DNA of 28,833 nt from a virus (IMGVR_UViG_3300049140_000061:1-28833); one strand, 5' to 3'. Positions 18,314 to 25,986 are shown, counted from the stretch's first letter. The notes: generated by a model not told the origin, from the letters alone. Numbers and translations: made by a program.

Positions 18314-18697
18314 ATGAACCGTTCCAAGAGCACGCCCGACGAACCGTCCGAGCCCACCAGCCCGGAGCCAGGCCCCGACACCACCCCCGCACCGTCGGCG
18401 GCAGAGGCCACCGAGGACACGGCCGGCCGGTACGAGCCCTACCCGGGCGCCGAGTTCTTCCACGGCGGCCGCCACTCCGACATCGTCGCCGCAATGGCCC
18501 GCCGCCTCGAGCAGGAGGACTGCACCGACGGCCGCTACCTCGGCCCGGACTGGACCAACGCCCACAAGGACGCCTTCGCCGCCTGGCAGAAGAAGCTGCG
18601 CCCCAAGGAGGGCGGCGACGTCTCCGGCATCCCCGACCAAGTCGCCTGGGACAAGCTCCACGTCCCGCGCGTCAGCCCCCTCCCCAAGGAGGCCTGA
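18314..18697 (+). CDS. Stand-alone peptidoglycan-binding-domain protein
   Basis: YEPYPGAEFF...AFAAWQKKL...SGIPDQVAWDKL resembles the C-terminal domain of the adjacent endolysin (AYAKWQKRLG...DGIPGKTSLERL). Confidence 0.7.
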   Translation: MNRSKSTPDEPSEPTSPEPGPDTTPAPSAAEATEDTAGRYEPYPGAEFFHGGRHSDIVAAMARRLEQEDCTDGRYLGPDWTNAHKDAFAAWQKKLRPKEGGDVSGIPDQVAWDKLHVPRVSPLPKEA

Positions 18698-19782
18698 TGC
18701 CCGCAGCCCCGAAGGCCTCCACCTTCGCCGCGCTGATCCGCGCCGAGGGCGTCACCGTTGTCGAGGTCGGCAACTGGGAGACCCACAACCGCAACCACAA
18801 GGGCCCCTGGGGTCCGGTGAACGGCGTGATGATCCACCACACCGTCACCTCCGGCACCGCCAGCACGGTCGAGCTGTGCCGCAAGGGCCACTCCGCCCTC
18901 CCCGGCCCGCTGTGCCACGGCGTCATCGCCAAGGACGGCAAGGTCTACCTGGTGGGCTACGGCCGCGCCAACCACGCCGGCCTGGGTGACGACGACGTGC
19001 TGCGCGCCGTCATCAACGAGAACGCATTGCCCGCCGACAACGAGGCCAGCACCGACGGCAACCGCCACTTCTACGGCTTCGAATGCGAAAACCTCGGCAA
19101 CGGCAAGGACCCGTGGCCCGCCGCCCAGCTCGAGGCAATCGAGCGGGTATCGGCTGCGCTGTGCCGCTTCCACGGCTGGTCCGAACGCTCCGTCATCGGC
19201 CACCTGGAATGGCAGCCCGGCAAGGTCGACCCGCGCGGCTTCACCATGGACTCAATGCGCGCCCGGATCCGCGCCCGCCTCGCCGGCGGACCGAGCAAGC
19301 CGACCCCGCCCCCGTCGACCGGCGACACGTACACGGTGAAGCCCGGCGACACCCTCAGCGGGATCGCCAAGGCGCTCGGCGTCACCGCGCAGGCCTTGTT
19401 CAACGCGAACAGGGACCGCCTGAAGGACGCCAACCAGATCTACCCCGGCCAGGAGCTCGTCGTTCCTGCCGTGGCGTCACTGCCGAAACCGAAGAAGCCC
19501 ACGGTGGACCTGTCCAAGCTCGTCGCGGCGGCCAAGGCCAACCCGTCCTCCAAGGGCACACCGGTCACCTACAGCGGCGTGAAGACCGTCGAGGCGGCCC
19601 TGGTGGACGCCGGACTGCTGTCGAAGAAGTACTCCGACGGGCACTACGGGTCTTCCACCCTCGAGGCCTACGCCAAGTGGCAGAAGCGCCTCGGCTACAC
19701 CGGCAAGGCGGCCGACGGCATTCCCGGCAAGACCAGCCTCGAGCGCCTCGGCGACAAGTACGGCTTCGCAGTCGTTGCCTGA
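18697..19782 (+). CDS. Endolysin: N-acetylmuramoyl-L-alanine amidase + LysM + PG-binding domain
   Basis: Amidase_2 motifs MIHHT, ANHAG, GFECEN and IGHLEWQPGKVDP; LysM YTVKPGDTLSGIA...NQIYPGQEL; PG-binding DGHYG...WQKRLG...DGIPG. Confidence 0.92.
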   Translation: MPAAPKASTFAALIRAEGVTVVEVGNWETHNRNHKGPWGPVNGVMIHHTVTSGTASTVELCRKGHSALPGPLCHGVIAKDGKVYLVGYGRANHAGLGDDDVLRAVINENALPADNEASTDGNRHFYGFECENLGNGKDPWPAAQLEAIERVSAALCRFHGWSERSVIGHLEWQPGKVDPRGFTMDSMRARIRARLAGGPSKPTPPPSTGDTYTVKPGDTLSGIAKALGVTAQALFNANRDRLKDANQIYPGQELVVPAVASLPKPKKPTVDLSKLVAAAKANPSSKGTPVTYSGVKTVEAALVDAGLLSKKYSDGHYGSSTLEAYAKWQKRLGYTGKAADGIPGKTSLERLGDKYGFAVVA

Positions 19783-19809
19783 TCCCTTCCAGCAGAACGG
19801 AACCTCACC

Positions 19810-20169
19810 ATGAAACCCCTTCTGATCCTCGGCCGTGAACCGGCAGCTTTGCTGGCCCTGTTCGCGGTTGCCGTGAAGCTGTTCTCCGCGTTCGTCATCG
19901 ACGTCGACGAGCAGACCCAGGCCTGGGTCAACGCTGCCGCGGCAGCCGGCATGGGCGTGTTCATCGCCTGGGCCACCAAGGACGGCGTCGTCGCCGCGAT
20001 CCTCGGCCTCGTCCAGGCCGTCATCGCCCTCGCGGTCGGTCTCGGTCTCGACTGGGACGTGGCCACGCAGGCCGTGGTGCTGTCGTTCGTCTCGCTGGCT
20101 CTCGGCGCGTACGACCGCACCCAGGTCACCGCACCGGTGACCCGCGAAGGCCTGCGGCTCGCGGCCTGA
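19810..20169 (+). CDS. Holin
   Basis: 119 aa with about four hydrophobic segments, an N-terminal GREPA and a C-terminal RTQVT.PV, directly after the endolysin. Confidence 0.75.
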   Translation: MKPLLILGREPAALLALFAVAVKLFSAFVIDVDEQTQAWVNAAAAAGMGVFIAWATKDGVVAAILGLVQAVIALAVGLGLDWDVATQAVVLSFVSLALGAYDRTQVTAPVTREGLRLAA

Positions 20170-20181
20170 CCGGATCACACC

Positions 20182-20475
20182 ATGAGCGACGAGCCGACGC
20201 CCGGAGAGATGGTCCGGCGACTCGAAGATCGGCTCGCCGATGTCCGCGACGACATTCAGCAGCTCGGTCGCCGCATGGACGAGAAGGTCGACCAGAGGAT
20301 CTACGACCTTCGACATGAAGCTCTGACCGGCAGGGTCTCCACACTGGAGACCCTCCGGGAAAAGGACACAGAGAAACTGATCGCTACGCGCCGGTGGCTG
20401 ATTGGAGCGGTCGTAGTACCGCTGATCGGGATCTTGCTTCCGGTCATCATCCTGCTGTCGCGGGGGACCGGATGA
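20182..20475 (+). CDS. Coiled-coil protein with a C-terminal TM helix (lysis accessory)
   Basis: 97 aa, charged coiled coil followed by RRWLIGAVVVPLIGILLPVIILL. Confidence 0.75.
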   Translation: MSDEPTPGEMVRRLEDRLADVRDDIQQLGRRMDEKVDQRIYDLRHEALTGRVSTLETLREKDTEKLIATRRWLIGAVVVPLIGILLPVIILLSRGTG

Positions 20476-21194
20476 GGAAGACGAGATCGCAGATACGAGC
20501 CGAGGAACGCAAAGGGCGGCGCGGTGATGTCTGGACGGCCCTCGCCGCGATCGTCCTGGGGCTGGCGGTCGCCTGGATCATCCTGTCCGTTCAGACTCTC
20601 CAAGAGGATCTGCGGACGTCGAACGAGGCGCGTGACGCTTTGGCCCAGCAGGTCGAGTCGCTGGGGAAGGAGCCGGTGGCCGGCCCGCCCGGTTCGCGGG
20701 GGGAACCGGGGGAAACGACGGTTGGAGCGCGGGGCCCAAGCGGCCCGCCCGGCCCGTCCGGGTCACCAGGAAAGCCGGCACCGACCATCACGCCCAGCCC
20801 GGGGCCTACGGGCCCGGCAGGACCGGAAGGCCAGCCGGGCGCGGACTCCACGGTGCCCGGCCCGGCCGGACCGTCCGGGGCCCCTGGCCAGGACGCGACC
20901 GGCGCCCCAGGCCAGGACGGCCAGGACGGCCAGGACGGGCAAGACGGATCGGACGGGCACAACGGCGCCCCGCCCTCGGAGTGGACGTACACCGACCAGG
21001 ACGGCAACACCTACCGGTGCACACCGGTCGACGGCTTCGACCCGGACCGTCCCCGCTACCACTGCACGCAGACCAGCACCGCCAACCCGGAGCCGTCGTC
21101 TTCCCAGAGTCCGAGCCAGCAGCCGGACCCGAGTGACAGCCCTGATTCGTCGAGCCTGCTGCCGCTGGGCCTGATCGACCGACGCCGCGACTAG
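20472..21194 (+). CDS. Membrane-anchored collagen-like protein
   Basis: ATGA overlap. Basic N-terminus, one TM helix, a short coiled coil, G-x-y repeats and a small two-Cys domain. Confidence 0.75.
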   Translation: MRKTRSQIRAEERKGRRGDVWTALAAIVLGLAVAWIILSVQTLQEDLRTSNEARDALAQQVESLGKEPVAGPPGSRGEPGETTVGARGPSGPPGPSGSPGKPAPTITPSPGPTGPAGPEGQPGADSTVPGPAGPSGAPGQDATGAPGQDGQDGQDGQDGSDGHNGAPPSEWTYTDQDGNTYRCTPVDGFDPDRPRYHCTQTSTANPEPSSSQSPSQQPDPSDSPDSSSLLPLGLIDRRRD

Positions 21195-21204
21195 GAGATG
21201 CACG

Positions 21205-22716
21205 ATGACCACGGTGAACGGGAAGCTGATCGGGGGCGCGAACCCGGAGCGGGTGGAGATGGTCGCGACGCTCGTCGACGTGACCGGCAAGACCGCGATC
21301 GGATACGTCCCCACGCTCGAGGGCGAGCTGGTGCGGCCCGTTCCCATTCAGCCCGAGACGGACGGGGACTGGACGGCCGACCTGACGGCGAACGCGCTGA
21401 TCGAGTCGGTGTCGGGGGACACGCTGTGGGCGGTGCAGGAGGGCCGGGCCAAGGACGGCACCCCGATCCTCACGTACATCGTGGTGCCGGAGACGGGCGG
21501 ACCGTACTGGGTGGGGGAGCTACGGGCGGACCTGTCGGCCACGCAGACCGGGCAGGGCACCATCGTCTACCTGGCCGGGCAGACCGGCCCCGAGGGGCCT
21601 GAAGGACCCGCCGGCGCCACAGGACCGGAAGGACCCAAAGGGGATCCCGGAGACACCGGCCCGGCAGGACCCGCTGGGCCGCAGGGCGAGCAGGGAGAGA
21701 CCGGCCCCGCAGGCCCCGAAGGGCCACAGCCGGAGCTCGGCGCGGCCGGCGCCGGGGACGATGTGGCGCTGCGCTCCACCGACCCCACCACCACCAACGC
21801 CCGCACCCCCACCGGCCATAAGACTTCGCACGCCACCGGAGGCAGCGACGCGCTCGCCCCCGCGGATATCGGAGCCGAGACCGCAGGCACCGCAGCCACC
21901 GCCGTCTCCACCCACAGCTCGGCCACGGACCCGCACGGCGACCGGGCCTGGGCCGATAGCAAGTTCGCCCTCGCTACAGGGCTGACGGCGCTCGACGGCA
22001 CCGTGAACAACCTGTCCACCGCCGTCGCCAACCTGGACACCTTCACCAACGACTGCCTCAACAGGGTCGCGGCAATCGAGCAGGGCACCGCATGGCTCGA
22101 CGGCCTGAACGTCGACGGCAACGCGCAGGTCGCGAACGGCAACCTGACCGTCACCGGCAACCTGACTGTCACGGGTAACGCCTTGGGGCAGGCCACACCG
22201 GCCACCCACGGGGTCGCCTCCTGGTGCTACGACCCGGCGCTGGCAGTCAACTCCACATCGCTGAACAACGGCACGCTGTATCTCACCCGCCTGGACATCG
22301 CCGCCAACGTGAACATCACAAAGATCTACTGGTGGGTTGGGAACTCGGGGTCCTCGCCCGTCTCCGGACAGAACCAGGTGGGCCTGTACGACTCGGGTGG
22401 GACGCTTCTGGCAGCTGCGACCGTGGATGCCGCCATCTCCTCGGCCGCGCTGAAGACGACGACCATCCCCAGTCAGTCGCTGACGGCCGGGTCGTTTTAC
22501 TGGGTGGGGATGGTGTTCAATGCGTCGGTTGCACCGACGTTGACCCGCGCGTCCGGGTGGACCGGCGTCAACACGGCCGCGAACCTGGGCCTGACTGCGT
22601 CGACGTTCCGGTTCGCGACGAACGGCACTGGCCGGACGGCGTTGCCGTCGTCGATCACCCCGGGGGCAAACGTGGGGGCGGATATCGCTGGGCCGTGGGC
22701 TGCTGTGGGTGCGTGA
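21205..22716 (+). CDS. Collagen-containing tail fibre / receptor-binding protein
   Basis: SD AGGAG. About 16 G-x-y triplets, DPHGDR and GNLTVTGN fibre motifs and a beta-rich C-terminal domain. Confidence 0.7.
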   Translation: MTTVNGKLIGGANPERVEMVATLVDVTGKTAIGYVPTLEGELVRPVPIQPETDGDWTADLTANALIESVSGDTLWAVQEGRAKDGTPILTYIVVPETGGPYWVGELRADLSATQTGQGTIVYLAGQTGPEGPEGPAGATGPEGPKGDPGDTGPAGPAGPQGEQGETGPAGPEGPQPELGAAGAGDDVALRSTDPTTTNARTPTGHKTSHATGGSDALAPADIGAETAGTAATAVSTHSSATDPHGDRAWADSKFALATGLTALDGTVNNLSTAVANLDTFTNDCLNRVAAIEQGTAWLDGLNVDGNAQVANGNLTVTGNLTVTGNALGQATPATHGVASWCYDPALAVNSTSLNNGTLYLTRLDIAANVNITKIYWWVGNSGSSPVSGQNQVGLYDSGGTLLAAATVDAAISSAALKTTTIPSQSLTAGSFYWVGMVFNASVAPTLTRASGWTGVNTAANLGLTASTFRFATNGTGRTALPSSITPGANVGADIAGPWAAVGA

Positions 22717-22740
22717 CCGGAAGGTTCGTACGATGACGGC

Positions 22741-22920
22741 ATGAGCAGCCTGATCTCTGACAGACCCAAGCCCCCGGCTCCCGAGTGTGCGTTGTCGCAG
22801 GTGGGGCCGTGCACGAAGTGCCAGCACCCCACCCACCGCTACGGGCACGGCGGGAACCCGCTGTGCGTGCTCTGCACCCGGGACCTGGAGGAGTGGCGGG
22901 CCAAGGTCGCAGGGAAGTAG
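22741..22920 (+). CDS. 59-aa Zn-finger-like protein (not in the ORF track)
   Basis: MSSLISDRPKPPAPECALSQVGPCTKCQHPTHRYGHGGNPLCVLCTRDLEEWRAKVAGK. A TACGAT -10 element lies 6 nt upstream of the ATG. Confidence 0.6.
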   Translation: MSSLISDRPKPPAPECALSQVGPCTKCQHPTHRYGHGGNPLCVLCTRDLEEWRAKVAGK

Positions 22921-22935
22921 GCCGACCGCCGGGCG

Positions 22936-22958
22936 TTGTCAGTGGGCCCGGCTACGGT
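22936..22958 (+). promoter_or_regulatory. RecA-NDp (PafBC-type) DNA-damage-inducible promoter
   Basis: TTGTCAGTG-GGCCCGGC-TACGGT matches tTGTCRgtg-N8-TAnnnT exactly and is intergenic. Confidence 0.7.
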
Positions 22959-23032
22959 GGTTGCAGTTCGGACTGCCGAGGGGCCAAGGGGGCTCAGGGA
23001 CTGGCGGCGGGTCCTGTAGAAGGGGAGGCCGC

Positions 23033-23317
23033 ATGGCCAGGAGCGGTGGGTTCAAGTTCTCGGCGAGTGACCAGCGGAAGCTGGAGCGCGCGGTGCAGAA
23101 GGAGGCGTCGAAGGCACTGCGCCCGCTGGCGGGTGACCTGGAATCGATGCTGAACGGCATGTCGCGCGAGTTCCAGGGGCGCCCGGTGGAGGAGATCAAG
23201 CCGGTGCTTGCGGAGCGTTGGGCGAAGGCGACGCCGGGCGGGTCGATCACGGAGCCGGAGCTGACGCAGTACGCGGAGCAGATCGCGGCGGGTGGCTCGT
23301 TCACGATGCGGACCTGA
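23033..23317 (+). CDS. Hypothetical protein (94 aa)
   Basis: SD GGGGAGG, MARSGGFKFSASDQRKLE..., good codon bias, followed by a terminator. Confidence 0.75.
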   Translation: MARSGGFKFSASDQRKLERAVQKEASKALRPLAGDLESMLNGMSREFQGRPVEEIKPVLAERWAKATPGGSITEPELTQYAEQIAAGGSFTMRT

Positions 23318-23337
23318 CCACCGGTAGCCCGCATGAT

Positions 23338-23372
23338 GGTGCCCCCGCCTGCTTGCTTCAGGCGGGGGCACC
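23338..23372. terminator. Bidirectional terminator between convergent genes
   Basis: GGTGCCCCCGCCTG-N7-CAGGCGGGGGCACC, a perfect 14-bp stem. Confidence 0.8.
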
Positions 23373-23394
23373 GTCGCGTTCGGGGTCGGTGGCC

Positions 23395-23586
23395 TCACTT
23401 CTCGGTGGCGCGGGCGGTCGTGAGGTCGGCGACCCTGGCCTCCAGCTGGCCGATCCTGCGCTGCTGATCGGCCAGCAGCGCGGCGAGCTTGTCGATGCCT
23501 GTGGTCTGGTAGCCGAGGTGGGAATTGTCGTCAGTGGGTGCGGTCACGCAGTCCCACAACATCGACTCGATGTCCCGCTGCTCCAT
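23395..23586 (-). CDS. Hypothetical protein (63 aa, C-terminal coiled coil)
   Basis: SD GAGGA then ATG; MEQRDIE...ARATEK. Confidence 0.7.
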   Translation of the reverse strand: MEQRDIESMLWDCVTAPTDDNSHLGYQTTGIDKLAALLADQQRRIGQLEARVADLTTARATEK

Positions 23587-23594
23587 GGTCGTCC

Positions 23595-23747
23595 TCACTT
23601 CTCGGTGGCGCGGTCGGTAGCTGCCTCGTTGATGACCTGCTGGGCTTCGCCGATGGTCATGGCGTGCTGGTCGCCGGGCTGGGCGATGACGATCTGCGGG
23701 TTGTTCTCGTCGGTCCAGTCGACGTCGTAACGACGCTGCTCGGTCAT
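23595..23747 (-). CDS. Small acidic hypothetical protein (50 aa)
   Basis: SD GAGGA then ATG; MTEQRRYDVDW...DRATEK. Confidence 0.7.
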   Translation of the reverse strand: MTEQRRYDVDWTDENNPQIVIAQPGDQHAMTIGEAQQVINEAATDRATEK

Positions 23748-23754
23748 GGTGTCC

Positions 23755-24201
23755 TCACTTCTCGTCGGCGATCTCAGTGGCACGGTCCAGTACGGCGCCG
23801 ATGCCCTGCACGCCCTCGTCGATGGCTTGGTGCACAGCCTCGTCGTACGCCTTGGCACGGTTCTTGGGTCGCCCGTGCTTTCCCAGTACGCGGTAGAGGC
23901 GAGACGGCGGCATGGCGGCAGCGATAGCGACGGCTTTGCGGTCCGCGTGCGGGCTGGTCTTGTCGGCTTCGACCATGGCCAACTCCCGGAACGCTTCCAG
24001 GTGCTGGATCAGGCGGGACGTCTGGGCGATGGTCTCAGTCAGCTCGTCGAAGGAGCGGGCGTGGCGCGGCGGTGCGACGTCTCGGACCTTGCAGAGGGCC
24101 TCCCGGATGGCGTCGGCCAGGTCGGGGGCGATGTCGAAGGCGGCGAGCTTAGGGCCGTCGAGGTTGTCGGGGTCTTCGAACTCGGCGTAGATCTTCCGCA
24201 T
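23755..24201 (-). CDS. Putative HTH DNA-binding protein (148 aa)
   Basis: TGATG overlap and SD GAGGT. RKAVAIAAAMPPSRLYRVL is HTH-like. Confidence 0.65.
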   Translation of the reverse strand: MRKIYAEFEDPDNLDGPKLAAFDIAPDLADAIREALCKVRDVAPPRHARSFDELTETIAQTSRLIQHLEAFRELAMVEADKTSPHADRKAVAIAAAMPPSRLYRVLGKHGRPKNRAKAYDEAVHQAIDEGVQGIGAVLDRATEIADEK

Positions 24202-24416
24202 CAGTCGGTCACCTCTTCCTCGTCGACCACCTTGTAGCTGCCGCCGATGCCGGCGTTCGAGAGGGCGACGGGGTAGCACTGGGTGTCGACGTACTTCTCC
24301 CGCTCGTCTTCGGTCATGGCGTCCCACTTGGCGCGGTCGACGTAGAAGTCCTCGTCGTACTCGCCGCGCGGCCACTCGACGCTGACCCTGATGGTTACGT
24401 CATCGCTGCTCATCAT
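24201..24416 (-). CDS. Small acidic hypothetical protein (71 aa)
   Basis: About 19 D/E versus 7 K/R. First gene behind a predicted leaderless promoter. Confidence 0.75.
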   Translation of the reverse strand: MMSSDDVTIRVSVEWPRGEYDEDFYVDRAKWDAMTEDEREKYVDTQCYPVALSNAGIGGSYKVVDEEEVTD

Positions 24417-24419
24417 GAT

Positions 24420-24452
24420 GCATACGCTACATGTCTAGCGAATGCTACACAA
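24420..24452 (-). promoter_or_regulatory. Leftward housekeeping-sigma promoter with an overlapping operator-like inverted repeat
   Basis: Minus strand TTGTGT-N17-TAGCGT-N7-ATG. Inverted repeat GCATaCGCTA-N6-TAGCGaATGC at 24420-24445. Confidence 0.65.
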
Positions 24453-24574
24453 GAGGGGTGTCGAATCTGCACCGGCCACGCGGAAGCGACTGAGCGCAGA
24501 ATCGCTCCTGACGAAGAATCTGATGGATCGTCATGCATGAGTGCCGTAATCGTCATGCCCGTAGCCTTTTGCTC

Positions 24575-24784
24575 ATGGAACAGAGGGAATGTCCGACCCT
24601 TGACGAGATCCGCGCCTGGCCCGCCACGGTCAGCGTCCCGAAGGCCGCGACCGCGCTCGGCGTCTCGAAGGAGCACCTTCGCCAGCTGATCATCCGTGGC
24701 GAGTCGCCAGTAAAGCTCGTCCCGCTCGGCACCCGGCAGCGCGTCATCACGGCGTCGCTGGTGCGGCTGCTGGAGGGCGGCTGA
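24575..24784 (+). CDS. Excisionase / AlpA-like HTH protein
   Basis: WPATVSVPKAATALGVSKEHLRQLIIRGESPV is a MerR/Xis-type wHTH pattern. TAGCCT lies 7 nt before the ATG. Confidence 0.75.
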   Translation: MEQRECPTLDEIRAWPATVSVPKAATALGVSKEHLRQLIIRGESPVKLVPLGTRQRVITASLVRLLEGG

Positions 24785-24822
24785 CGGAGTCGCGTCTCAT
24801 GGTTCCCGATAAGCTCACATAT

Positions 24823-24861
24823 GGCGGCGCCCCACCCACTTCCACTGGGTGGGGCGCCGCC
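24823..24861. terminator. Bidirectional terminator
   Basis: GGCGGCGCCCCACCCA-N7-TGGGTGGGGCGCCGCC, a perfect 16-bp stem between convergent genes. Confidence 0.8.
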
Positions 24862-24866
24862 GCCGT

Positions 24867-25505
24867 TCAGCGGGCGCAGGGCTTGATGCGCAGGTTCGGG
24901 ATGCAGTCCTCGGAGTTCATCGAGCCTTCCTCCAGCATGTCCGAGTAGACGGCCCGGCCGACGTCCTCAAGTGTCCCGGTGATGTCCTCGGTCGCGTGCG
25001 CGCCGGCCAGGGAGTCACGGAGGTTGTGCGCGCAGCCGGCCCGGTGAACGATCGGCTCGCCCATGCCGGTGTAGATAACGGTGAAGGTCCGGGGCTCGCT
25101 GCCCGACTCGCGGCGGGCGCGGATCTCTGCCACCTTGTGCGCCAGGAGCTCGGGGAACCCGCCTTCCAGCGCCTTCGCCAACTCCGTCTCGTACGTTCCC
25201 TGCGGGGCCTGGGCGTTGCTGTCGGGCGTGGGGGCGACCGGGACCAGGCTCCCACCCTCCTCCGCCGGGGCCGCTTCCTCGGAGGCCACGGGGAGGCCTT
25301 CCTCCTCGGCGCTGACCTCGACCCCAATGGCGTCCAGGCCGGCGTTGGTGACGACCCATCCGTGGCCGCTCTCGAAGTCGATGAGGCCTGCACGCGAGAG
25401 CGCGTTGTGCGTCTGGGCGGAGCGGCAGAAGGGCAGCCGGCCGGCGTAGAGGTTACGCAGGGCCTCGTCCTGGACCTTGGTGAGCTTCGTGTCGGTGGCG
25501 GTCAT
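24867..25505 (-). CDS. Two-domain hypothetical protein (N-terminal wHTH-like)
   Basis: SD AAGGAG. THNALSRAGLI...WVVTNAG winged-helix pattern, an acidic linker and a C-terminal HRAGCAH...PC domain. Confidence 0.75.
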   Translation of the reverse strand: MTATDTKLTKVQDEALRNLYAGRLPFCRSAQTHNALSRAGLIDFESGHGWVVTNAGLDAIGVEVSAEEEGLPVASEEAAPAEEGGSLVPVAPTPDSNAQAPQGTYETELAKALEGGFPELLAHKVAEIRARRESGSEPRTFTVIYTGMGEPIVHRAGCAHNLRDSLAGAHATEDITGTLEDVGRAVYSDMLEEGSMNSEDCIPNLRIKPCAR

Positions 25506-25546
25506 CTTGGGCTCCTTCGTGGTTCCTGGGTTCTTGCGATGACTCC

Positions 25547-25610
25547 AAGTTATAGACCTCTATAATCAACGTCAAGGGGTCTAGAAAAGAATCTTCAAGA
25601 GGTCTAGAGT
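25547..25610. promoter_or_regulatory. Divergent promoters with three operator-like boxes
   Basis: Leftward TTGACG-N17-TAACTT; rightward TAGAGT-N6-ATG. TCAAGRGGTCTAGA at 25572 and 25595, with an inverted variant at 25551-25564. Confidence 0.75.
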
Positions 25611-25616
25611 CTGAGT

Positions 25617-25901
25617 ATGACCACCAAACCCGAAGACCTCGTCGAGACCGCCATCCAGCAGGCCCTCGCCATCGATGACCCGGCCCTGCGAGGCCGCACT
25701 ATCACCCGCATCCTCAAAGCGGTTGAAGACGACAAGCGGCTCAAGGATGCCCGCGCCACGGACGTGCGCGAGCTACGGCAGGCGCACACTTTGAAGGAGG
25801 TTGCGGAACTCGTCGAACTCTCTATCGGACGCGTCGACCAGATCGCTAAGGGCACCATCACCGGCCGGCGCGCCAAGGCGGCGGAACGGACCGGCACCTG
25901 A
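25617..25901 (+). CDS. HTH transcriptional regulator (94 aa)
   Basis: TLKEVAELVELSIGRVDQIAKG C-terminal HTH. Confidence 0.8.
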   Translation: MTTKPEDLVETAIQQALAIDDPALRGRTITRILKAVEDDKRLKDARATDVRELRQAHTLKEVAELVELSIGRVDQIAKGTITGRRAKAAERTGT

Positions 25902-25986
25902 CGCCTCGTCGGTGGCATCGGCGCGCCTGGCTCCGGTTAATGTTTCTTTAGAGGACCGTTCGTCCCCCTGCGCTCCGGAGGCTCCT

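Larger units (their letters stand above)
23393..23787. repeat. Dispersed direct repeats at three gene ends
   Basis: CCTCACTTCTCGGTGGCGCGG is identical at 23393-23413 and 23593-23613. GTCCTCACTTCTCG occurs at 23591 and 23751. A degenerate CTCAGTGGCACGGTC occurs at 23773. Confidence 0.85.

Noticed and set aside
18306-18317. Mini-uORF ATG CGC CCA TGA overlapping the 18314 start
   Set aside because: The SD is only 3 nt from this ATG and serves 18314 acceptably. There is no evidence of use.
20905-20960. GGCCAGGAC 9-bp tandem repeat
   Set aside because: It simply encodes GQD collagen triplets and is in frame, so it is not a phase-variation tract.
16167-22716. Diversity-generating retroelement or shufflon acting on the fibre genes
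   Set aside because: No reverse transcriptase, template/variable repeat pair or inverted alternative 3' cassettes were seen.
23393-23787. Repeats considered as a CRISPR array
   Set aside because: Only 2-3 copies, 160-200 bp apart, separated by coding genes, and no cas genes.
24806-24826. CCGATAAGC considered as a dif-like site
   Set aside because: Only one arm is similar; the other side does not match and runs into the terminator stem.
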